A stretch of DNA of 63,680 nt, counting the filler, from Choristocarpus tenellus KU-1152 (lineage: Eukaryota; Protista; Phaeophyceae): assembly GCA_964200185.2 (NCBI GenBank). It is 9 parts of 9 records of this genome, joined end to end, with 100 filler letters (N's around TTAATTAATTAA, not from the genome) between each part and the next. Parts side by side here need not be neighbours in the genome. Positions count along the whole stretch, not along the records: positions 54,424 to 60,705 come from CAXNAD020008483.1; positions 60,806 to 63,680 come from CAXNAD020024005.1; 7 more parts are not named here. One strand, written 5' to 3'. The translations under genes and the position numbers were made by a program. Each line of letters opens with the position of its first letter. The stretch's first letter is position 1. Of this stretch, positions 54,324 through 63,680 are shown in pieces. The notes beneath the pieces are model-generated. The model was not told where the DNA came from and searched no databases. It saw only the letters and a list, made by a program, of their open reading frames with translations.

Positions 54324-54423
54324 NNNNNNNNNNNNNNNNNNNNNNNNNNNNNNNNNNNNNNNNNNNNTTAATTAATTAANNNNNNNNNNNNNNNNNNNNN
54401 NNNNNNNNNNNNNNNNNNNNNNN
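54324..54423. other. Artificial contig linker
   Basis: N-TTAATTAATTAA-N, 100 bp. Confidence 0.98.
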
Positions 54424-54479
54424 ATGAAAAAATTGACCCCAAATGGACAGCCGCAACCCCCTCCCATATACCCTGAGCC
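54424..54479 (-). mobile_element. MITE family A, partial copy at contig start
   Basis: Matches 10742-10796. Confidence 0.8.
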
Positions 54480-54642
54480 ATTGTCGTAGTTCAGAAAAGA
54501 CAAGAGCACACATACACAGGAAACACACACTGCAGGTAGTCTTTCCACAGTACTACGAACGGTTTGTCGTTCGATACAACAATGCCCGACTACAGTCATC
54601 ATCGTAGGAGATACTTATTGAACGTTCCTGTACAAGGTGCTG

Positions 54643-56492
54643 CTACCGGCACACATGTCGCTTACTGCTGTCTACACGATGAAACACAGTGGCAGTTTGA
54701 CTTGCCTCACAAGCAGACGGATGCATAGCCCCTGCTTCAGAGAAGTGAAGCCGGCAAACTCCTCGCGACTCAGATAGCTCAGTGTGACCGCGTTGCGGTC
54801 GACCCTGTGGTGACGAGGTCTCACACACTTCCTTCAGTACCTCGAAGGACTCTGGTTGAAGGGACTTTACGCCTCGCTGCCAGTTTCGTAGAGTTGGTTT
54901 CTGCGAGGGAGTAACGCCCACCTTCACGATGGGCAGAAAAGAAAAATATGATGCACCCAGCCAGCCAGGGTGAGGCATCGTTATTACCACGCCAACGGGG
55001 TAAGTATGAGTGTGTGGGGGGTGTTATTCAGCGGCCTGGCCTAACGATAAAACAAACAAGAACGCCTTTTATTGTTCGTGTGTATACAACACAGACACAG
55101 CACGTGGTTGCCCACGAAGGAGAGGGTTTGGTTCATAAAATGATGCATCGTGTGTTTATTAATTCAGGCAATACCGCAACGGTCCGGGTAAGGAGTGGAC
55201 CTTACCCAGGGGAGGGGGGGGTGGAGGGGTATGATACTCAGCGACCTGGCCTACCTAGTGCTGAAAGAAGAAACTGTTCACTTCGTCTGTGATTTTGCAC
55301 ACACACATACGACATGGTCACCCGAAAACCAAGCATTTGGTTGACAGAGTTGCTAAACGCGGGATAACTGTCTGAACTTAGGTTGAATAGGAGGACACAG
55401 AGAGATCTTCACAACAGCTGTGACCCAACAAGAGGAGGAGTAGAGCGCCACCATCCCACCAACGTTGACAACTCCCTCACCTTTTTTGTACATTTTGCGG
55501 ATCTCTGCTAGTGACACTTCTTTCTTCTTCGTCTGGTGCTTGATAGCTTCTTGGAGCTCGTGCTGAAAATATACCTTATCGTACAGCGTGCACTCAACCA
55601 CACTCTCGGTCACGTCATTGAATGCTATAAGTGTGGCGGTGCAGTGGACGAACGGGGCAAGGGGTAGGTGGGAAGCGGTCGGGGGACACACGCGGCAGGC
55701 AGTAGTGAGCAACATGTTGCTGCTGACAGAAAGACCTCGAGGGATAAAAAAGATCAACAACGAAAAGATCAACAACAGGCTGACTGATGATGAACCAAAC
55801 AGAGAAAACACGGCAACAACTTGGTAGATCAGAAGAGTCATCAGGCGATCATGGAACAATGACAACACTCCATCACGCACCGTTGGCAATTAGCCTCTCT
55901 TTGGCTTGGTTGAACTCCATGTAGACCCGCATCATGAAAGCACCTTCGTGATCAGACTCTCTCTTCAACACCGTTATTCTGACTGAAAGTACCTTAGAGG
56001 GTAGGAATTTTGCCCTGTTTGTCCGTTTGGAGCTTGACCTCCCACGGGCTTATTTGTGACATTTTCCTACTTTGAAATGTTTAGGGTTAGGAAAAATGTA
56101 TGTTATAAAAGGGTGTGTCCGGAACAAGGATATAGACACCTCCTAACAAACACAGTAGCCAAAATTACATCGAAATCACAACATTGGATTTTGGCCCCCA
56201 AATGGACGCGGCTATACCCTCTAAGATACTTTGACTTTCTACGGTTTCCATCCAATGTTCGTCCTTGAACAGTAAGCGCAGTGTCGACGGTGAGCTAGTC
56301 CCAGTTGCCTAAGCAGTCTTGTTGGATGACGATGGACGGAGCAAACTGCTTGAGCCAGCCTTTTTCACGGATAGACTTGCTGATGTGCGCAAGTCCACGC
56401 TCACTCAGGGGACGCACCATCTCCGTGCATGTGATGTTGCCGAGTTTCATCTTGTACATGTCGAGGTAGTGCTGTTTGAGAAGCGAGGACAT
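54643..56492 (-). pseudogene. Spliced ParB-like gene (ParB/Srx N-domain plus HTH-like region), pseudogenised
   Basis: Exons 56492-55881 (MITE inserted), 55624-55481, 54921-~54643. Reconstruction: MSSLLK...VRPLSERGLAHISKSIREKGWLKQFAPSIVI...D*LT...RTLDGNRRITVLKRE...RVYMEFNQAKERLIANAFNDVTESVVECTLYDK...SLAEIRKMYK/VGVTPSQKPTLRNWQRGVKSLQPESFEVLKE. Lesions: TAG at 56295-56297, the MITE insertion, and an apparent +1 in an A-run. Confidence 0.7.
55981..56237 (+). mobile_element. MITE family B, complete 257-bp copy inserted in the ParB-like exon
   Basis: Colinear with 31225-31486. (T)TCT is duplicated on both sides, and excision restores the reading frame. Confidence 0.92.
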
Positions 56493-56689
56493 GCCCTTGG
56501 CATTGCTGTCCGACGCTCTCGATCCGTGGGCAGTGCCATTGGCGCGCAGGGGGGTCGTTGTGAGCAAATGTTGGACATGGCAAAGATTGGGAAGGTGTGA
56601 CGGGGATAGATAAGAAAGTGCTGCTGGTGGTATGTGCGGAAGGGAAGGAATGGAAATGAGGAGTGAGGGCTGGGAGGTGCTGCTTTATT

Positions 56690-57340
56690 TCATCTGGTCG
56701 ATCGGTGCCCAAAGAACTCAGATTTCTCTTTCCGTTGATAATTGTGTTCCAAAAAATATGAATATCGAACAGTATACGATTTCATATTTAAAACAGATAG
56801 AGAGTATCAGTTTTTTTGTGATCTTTTCGTTTCGGAACATTTCAAATGTATTAGATCAACGAAGTATGTGGTTTGTATTTTATTTGTTGATACTAGGAAT
56901 AGAATAGAATATTTATTTCATAAAAACCAGAATACACGTATTTTCAAGAACATGGATTTCAGGCTGGTCGGTCAGTTCCCAAAGAACTCAGATTTCTCTT
57001 TCCGTTGATAATTGTGTTCCAGAAAATATGAATATCGAACAATATATGATTTCATATTTAAAACAGATAGAGAGTATCAGTTTTTTGTTACCTTTTAGTT
57101 TCGGAACATTGAAACGTATAAGATCAATTAAGTATGTGGTTTGTATTTTTATTTCTTGAAATTACGAATATAATCGAATTATTAATTTCTAAAAACCATA
57201 ATGCATGTATTTTCCGGTTCATGGATTTCAGGGTGGTCCGACAGATCGCCCAAAACTCAAAGTTTGCTTTCCGTCGACATTTGTATTTTTTTAAATACAA
57301 ATGTCGAACAATATAAGATTTTGTATTTAAAACAATTAAA
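56690..57340. repeat. AT-rich tandem array, period 270 bp, ~2.4 copies
   Basis: AAAGAACTCAGATTTCTCTTTCCGTTGATA at 56711 and 56981; diverged third start at ~57251. Confidence 0.92.
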
Positions 57341-57945
57341 GGGTATCGCGCCCTGTGTTGGAGTTAGTTGCAAACCGTGTGACCCAGTAGCACGTAGAAG
57401 AAGTGGATCGAAGGAGTATTTCAAGTGGTGGGTGGTTATTACTTTGAGCGGTCTGAGATTATGGTTTAAAAAAAATGTGAAGCTTCGTACGAAGTACTAA
57501 TTTTTTTCTTTGTAATGTCGAGACTACAATGATGCTGATGATACTCTTCGTCGTTTTACGGAGGAAGGCACGGTAACTGTTATGTCACCACTGTGTACAC
57601 CTACTCTGCGGCCCCGGGCCCGGTATGACCTTGGTAATAAAAGTGTGTACTTCGTATGTCTCAAGGACTTCGCGATGATGATGATGATGATAATGGTAGA
57701 TTCACCTCCTTTACACTTCTGCAAACGGCGGCAAGACCCGAAGAGAATGGTGCTCATGGCAGATTTACGAAGATCATTCTATTTGCTCTTTCATTACGCA
57801 CGATGTAAGCTTGCTTGATCCTGTCTTCCGTGTTATCGGTGAAGTTATTGGTCAGCCCGCTTTCGAGAGAACATGCAGCGGTGTTCTTCGAGTGTTCCTT
57901 CTCAATAATTCCTCACTTGTCCACACAAACAACACTATTAATTAG

Positions 57946-60054
57946 GAGCTATACAAGGATTTTTGCAAAGAGGCAATACGGGTGTATCCTGACGACACAT
58001 CCAAGCGGGTAAGCAAGGCGCACTTCCTCCGATTGCTCAAAGAGGACAGGCCCAACATCAGGGTGAGGGTAGGAGGTGAATTTATGAAATGTGACATATG
58101 TGTCACGTTATAAGAGAAGCGACATAGTGCGCCTGGTGTAAAACCCACGAACGACTCCACTGTCCTCGAGTCCATCGATAAGGAGCTGTCAGACCATCGA
58201 AAGGTAAGTGTCCAGCGTTAATTTTGCGACAATCGTACAGTAGCAACATGACGCTGTCATTGCCCTCCATTGGGAACAACATTTGTTGCCTTTTGCGAAT
58301 GAAGACTCCGATGCAGGTGCTTATGGCAGCAACAGCAGCAGCCTCACTCAGCGCCAAACTGTTGTTATTAGTTGTCCAAACACCTTGTGTAATGGACTGT
58401 TTCCTGGTCGTCTACAACGGCCTGTAGGAGGGACATGTCATGTTGCGGTCTTCCGGCCCCGTATGTACGTACTTGCTCCTCTGCCGATAATACTGTCTTT
58501 GCCTTGAATGCAGCAGTAAAAAATAGGAGCAAAGACAAACATTTCTTGATACCTACACTCGATTTTTGTCACGTACCTGGTACGTGTTAACAAGTGGCCA
58601 CTTTCTTGCACCTCTAAGCAGATTTATTTGATTTATAGATGTGATGTTGCTCTCCCCCGTTCGCCAGATTATCCAAGCAGATCGACTGGTCATTGCCAAC
58701 AACACCAGCAGCGCCATGCGGGCCAAAGCCGACGGTAATCCTCTCGGCTTCGTGTTCATGTCTGTAGACGCGGCGAACCAGACATCCCACGCCCTCCCAG
58801 CACTTTACCCACCTACCCACGGCGGTGACAGGTAACCACACGCACGCATAGTCCATTTGTCAACGAGTTTGCAGCCGTACGCAGAAGAGAATAGACCACC
58901 CTGTTTTATTGAACAAGTGAGTGCAAAGTCCCAAAAAATAACCGCCAAAACAAAGGCACATAATTCCACTACCTGTTCCGTTCATCATGATGATGACGCC
59001 ACATAACACCTTTCTTTACACCTTTCTTTGGTTCATGTCCTTGGTATCAGGGACTACTCCGAGCGACAGAAGATCATGGCCACACATGTCGAAGGCCAGT
59101 TCGCGGAGGTGTTCTTCACTCCTCAACATTTCGGAGGAGGTACGTATTGTGGGTTGTGGCGCAACAATCACACGACGAAATAGATGCTGGTTGCACACAC
59201 ACCACTTGATTGACCGTCATGGTGAGGAGACCCGCCGCAGGTTAGATACCTGAGGACGAGTACATCCTTGCACGATTTGCCTACAGATACCGTAGGCCTG
59301 GCGAACAGTCGGTTAACTGATGATGCACTGTGCTCCCCTGCCCTCGTACGCCTCAGCTTCGGAAGTGCGAGAGGAGCGTAAGAGCTAATCAAGGAGGAGG
59401 GAAACCGACAGACATCTATATCAGCCAGTCGGGTGTATGTGCTCTACATCACAAAAACACATTGCATTACCATTCTTTTTAGCTGCAAGTAAACAATGCG
59501 TAAGTAAGCAGAGTACTATTTGCCAACTAACAACAGACATCATCGTTCGCGCAGGTTGTAACCTTGTCTGCACAACAACCCACCTTGCCCTCACAAGGCT
59601 TATCGACAAGTACCACAACAGTCTCGATCACGCGGGGGGTTGCATCATCCAGCACGCGCATTGGCAGGTAAGAAAGTTTCATCTTGAGACGACCTACTTG
59701 CAATCTACTCGCCGAATAGCGGCCACCAAGCAACTAACTGCGTCGTATTTAGTGTTGATTTGTGGGTTGCAACTTGCAAGTATGATGGTAGTGATGTAGA
59801 GCTTGCGCTCTAGCACTACTGGAAACACGCCCTGTTTCTCCACGAAACGTGGTGAAACGGGTTGACATATCGGCCTCACGCCTATCCCTCCCTCGCTTCC
59901 CACTCCCCAAACTACCCAGGTCGACAACTTCGTCTCAGAGAATAAGAACAATTTCTTTCTCGGATATGCGAGGCTGTTGGTCGTGGCGAGTGTCATTTGT
60001 GTGGTCGAGATACATTTTATGATGGTGGGGCACACGCACATCTAGATCGATCAG
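57946..60054 (+). pseudogene. Intron-containing DUF7869/Sola-type DDD transposase, pseudogenised
   Basis: Exons 57946-58203, 58668-58831, 59051-59139, 59555-59667, 59920-60054 join in phase: ELYKDF...VSKAHFLRLLKEDRPNIRV...FMKCDICVTL*...DHRKIIQADR...FMSVDAANQ...LP...QKIMATHVEG...GGGCNLVCT...HWQVDNFVSENKNNFFLGY...FMMVGHTHI*IDQ. Stops at 58111 and 60043. Confidence 0.85.
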
Positions 60055-60628
60055 ATGATAGTCACATGGTGTTTTTACATGGACAGATACTGCCTTGAGG
60101 CCTACAGTTCGCACTTGTTGCCACTCTGGAAGGTTTATGGTCGTACACTACAATAGATTGATTGACTTTTGATTTCCCCACAACAAAATAGCACGAGAAA
60201 AGCAGCTGGCAAAACTGTATTGTAACCTAGCCTCGAAACAAAACAAAAAACCCCGTACGTATCACCCCTTTTTATATTTATACTTCCATATACATGCATC
60301 AGAGCATGTGCCTGCCTATATATCTTGCTTCTCCACTTCTATGTTATTTTACACCAAATCCAACACATCCTATGTTGACATGTAATACAAAACGTAATAC
60401 CCATCTACACCGGACAAGAGCACAAGGGCAACAGCTCTCTGTCTTCGTTAATCCTTCTCGCGAGGAAACAACCATGACGACTTTTGGCAAGCTCTTCGTC
60501 CTCCCCGTAGCTACGCCTAACATCATCTGTCCACAAAAATCCACATCGTCATGAAACCTCCTGCACCTTCTTCCGCCGCCTACTGTACCGATTCGACGAC
60601 ATACCCCCCATGGAGACAACCCAACCAT

Positions 60629-60705
60629 GAGTCAAAGTATCTTAGAGGGTAGAGCCGCGTCCGTTTGGGGGCCAAAATCCAATGTTGCGATTTGATGTAA
60701 TTTTG
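60629..60705 (-). mobile_element. MITE family B, right arm in reverse orientation at contig end
   Basis: GAGTCAAAGTATCTTAGAGGGTAGAGCCGCGTCC...CCAATGTTG is the reverse complement of ~56160-56237. Confidence 0.9.
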
Positions 60706-60805
60706 NNNNNNNNNNNNNNNNNNNNNNNNNNNNNNNNNNNNNNNNNNNNTTAATTAATTAANNNNNNNNNNNNNNNNNNNNNNNNNNNNNNNNNNNNNNN
60801 NNNNN
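60706..60805. other. Artificial contig linker
   Basis: N-TTAATTAATTAA-N, 100 bp. Confidence 0.98.
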
Positions 60806-61466
60806 AAGGAGGCAGGACAGGGGGAAGAGGGGGGCAGGAAGGTTATGTAAAGTTTGGGTTTGTTGGGGGGGGGGGGGGGGGGGGGCATAATATTGGCACA
60901 GATTAAAGGTCAACACAGCTGTCACAGTAAGTCAGTTACAACTGCGTAAAGTTCACAAGGGTAAGGGTTTGGACTGGGTTTAGTTAGGAAAGGGACATGG
61001 ATACTTCCGAGTGCGAGATAGAGAGAGAGAGAGAGAGAGTTGTGGCATTCGGCTAGGGTTATGGTTTGACTACCCTACTGCATTACATAAAGCTTCGTAC
61101 ATGTTGGTTGAATTGAGCTTCTGCATTACACTGAGAACCACGCAAAGACCCTACCCTAGCAAGTTGCTTGCACTCATTCTCATCGATACAAGAATCTCAC
61201 TGAACGATTGAAACCCTTTTCCCCCTCCATTCACGAAAACCCGAAACATTGTATCTGTAGTGCGGTCCTTGTATAGTGTCAGAACCGTCTCCACAAAAAG
61301 AAAGAAACAGAACGACTCCCTCCTTATTTTTGTATTCCACTGCCGATCACATGGTGATACAAACATTCACATTTCATTTTAAGAGGATAGATCGTTCACT
61401 CCACTACCCTAACCCTAGACAGCTGCAGGGGTGAACACGATCGCGTGTTTAAGAGATAGACCCATA

Positions 61467-61501
<35 letters not shown>

Positions 61502-63659
61502 GAGTTGCGTGTATTGTCCCAAAACATTCTTCCAGCATGCCTACACCTATACAGGATGCATTTCATCTACTCTTTTGTCAGTGAATTATCTCGACGTCAC
61601 GACACAATTGCAAGGCAGAGAGTGCATATTATCGAATTTAAACCTAAGGGGATATACACAGCACTGAAAAATCAGTCGATGGATTCAGGCGCGTTGTTAG
61701 AGAGCGGACAGTAACCCTAACCCCAAATTATGTGGTGTACGGACCATTTTCTCAATGCCAGGCCACAACAAAGTCTGACCAGAGCAGAAGAGCTGCTGTG
61801 GGGCAAATGGTCTTTTATCTAACCCTAACCCTAACCTCAACGAGACATAACTGGGAAGTCTACTTTCTCGTCGTGTTCTATCACTTTCTTAAGGAGGAAA
61901 GGGCAAGAAGGAACCAGGAACAATCTATCACCAGTGAGTTCCATGGATGGTATGGGTGAATCTCAGATGCTACTACATTATGCTAGCCTAGTATACAATT
62001 TGTTGGAGTCGATTGGGTATTCATCAGAGAAAAGGTAACCACCCGAGAGGAGGAGCACTCTTGTCATCGCATGGGCGAGGCGTGTCAGCGATCCCCACAT
62101 TAACCCTCCATGGTACATCGTCTCCACACAAGACTGTTGCGTTCCCAAGTACATGGAAACAAGTCGACTATTAAAAGGATATCCCTGCCCAGTTTCTCAA
62201 GCCCAGGAGCACCTGGCATCTACATAAGACGACAAATGACACACGTACGTACCTTGTGGGCTACTTGCTGCCTTGTGGTTGGTAGTTGATCGACAGACTG
62301 GGACTACTTCATCTTCTCAAATTGGCACACAACGACTTTAGCCATAACCATTCATATACAAATGTCGGCCAAGCAGACATCACGAGCAGGAGGTGATGCT
62401 CTGTCGTAGGAGCTTTTCATTACTCAGCTACTTATCAACGTGCCTCCAGTCACCATGACCAACACATCTGATCCTCTCTTTCCCTCCAATGTTTCTAACC
62501 CAAAGGCACATCAACAGAAGAAACATGATTATAAAACGCACCTTCTGAAGTATTTCCCGTCCTTCGGTGCCTTGATAGTAACAGTGGTCTTGCCCTTGAG
62601 CGTAGGGTGTGGCAACTCTGTACACACAGAGACGTGAGTCCACTGAAAAACTTCTTAGCCACCAGCAATGAAAAGTTCACTTCTCCCTTCGGATTCGACG
62701 CGCACAAACACCTGGAGGGTCTTCGCCTCTTCCCCCCCCCGTCAATCTCACCTCCTGCAAATGCAGCCCTTCATTATTATCGTGGCACACAAGCTCTCTC
62801 ACAACGTAAACCACAACCCAGACCTGTCTCCCCAGGACTGGCGTCTGTTTGCACCAGACACTCACCCAACTTTCCAATATAAATGAACTCCCCTTCCTTC
62901 TCCTGTTTCGGACAACAACTATTGGTAACCTTGGTCCTTGGAGGTTGGCTGGGGTGGTGGGTCAAGGATGGGTGCTTGATGCTCTACGGTACAAGAAAAA
63001 AAAAATGCACACGCCTTCCCATTGATGCAAAGGAATTTAGGTGAACAAGTGTATTGTATTATGTAGTGCGTAACATAAACATCATCTCTTGTCATAAATC
63101 AATCAATCAATAGTGCAAGGTAAGATCAGCCAACAATATATTATTATGCCTTCGACATTTTCTGGATGTGTCCATCAAAAAATCATTAAGTGGGTACGGC
63201 CATGCCCTTTCACCACATCATCGTAAAGGGTAAGAGGGGTAAAATAATCCATAATTTCTACTCGGATTACCTTTCCTGGTGATGAGGTGATCCATTACAA
63301 TGATTCTTGTGCAAGGCACATGTGGTTGTCGCAAGCACAAGTGCAAGATTAAGACCCAGCACCCTTATCATACATACTTCCACCATACAACAACAGGCGA
63401 AATGGCAGAGGTGGTTAGATCTGTGTTTGGTATGAGGATACGGAAATTCGGAATATCGTAGGATACGGCTGGGAATCGTGGGAAATTGGTATCATATGAG
63501 CAGGTATGGCTGCTAAAAATAACCAGGGGTGGTAGGAGATAATTCCTGGACGGGGTCATAGCTAAGGGTTGGGGAAGAACCAAGCACAGTGCATTCGTTT
63601 TTTCTAGTTGTTTGGTTGATGTTTTTTCAGGAGAGGGTTGACCAACCCACCAAAAAAGA

Positions 63660-63680
63660 GGCTCAAAGTATCTGGGGGGG
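63660..63680 (+). mobile_element. MITE family A, left terminus at window end
   Basis: GGCTCAAAGTATCTGGGGGGG. Confidence 0.8.

Noticed and set aside
54643-56492. Bacterial or plasmid contamination as the source of the ParB-like sequence
   Set aside because: It has GT-AG introns and a host MITE insertion, and no parA or operon context.
56690-57340. CRISPR-like or RNA-guide array interpretation
   Set aside because: Whole 270-bp units are repeated, with no short repeat/unique spacer alternation.
10633-60805. Regularly recurring TTAATTAATTAA flanked by N runs as a biological repeat or CRISPR-like array
   Set aside because: Identical 100-bp linkers with stops in six frames are an artificial concatenation spacer. 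Adjacency across them carries no biological meaning.
61950-62960. Coding-like stretches in the last contig
   Set aside because: Short frames with stops and no recognisable domain.

Overview
Eukaryotic, intron-rich genomic DNA, most likely a brown alga or close ochrophyte relative. That placement is inferred from a bipartite plastid-targeting leader, a GDPH/VWD-like domain, flagellar genes and TTAGGG-type motifs. The window is not one locus: nine contigs are joined by eight artificial 100-bp N-TTAATTAATTAA-N linkers. Host genes reconstructed by hand from GT-AG splicing are a 7-exon plastid-targeted protein head-to-head with NUP98, WDR78/DNAI4 head-to-head with an IQCE-like coiled-coil gene, a USP exon, a GDPH/VWD-like secreted-protein domain and a probable WD40 gene. 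The rest is transposon-derived: many copies of related MITE families, plus hAT, Copia-gag and chromodomain relics. The most interesting contig (54424-60705) holds a spliced, pseudogenised ParB-like gene (ParB/Srx N-domain plus HTH-like region) and a divergent 5-exon DUF7869/Sola-type DDD transposase, separated by a 270-bp tandem array. The ORF track shows only fragments of either gene. This is a candidate ParB-carrying eukaryotic DNA transposon. All family assignments are by motif recognition from memory; no searches were run.
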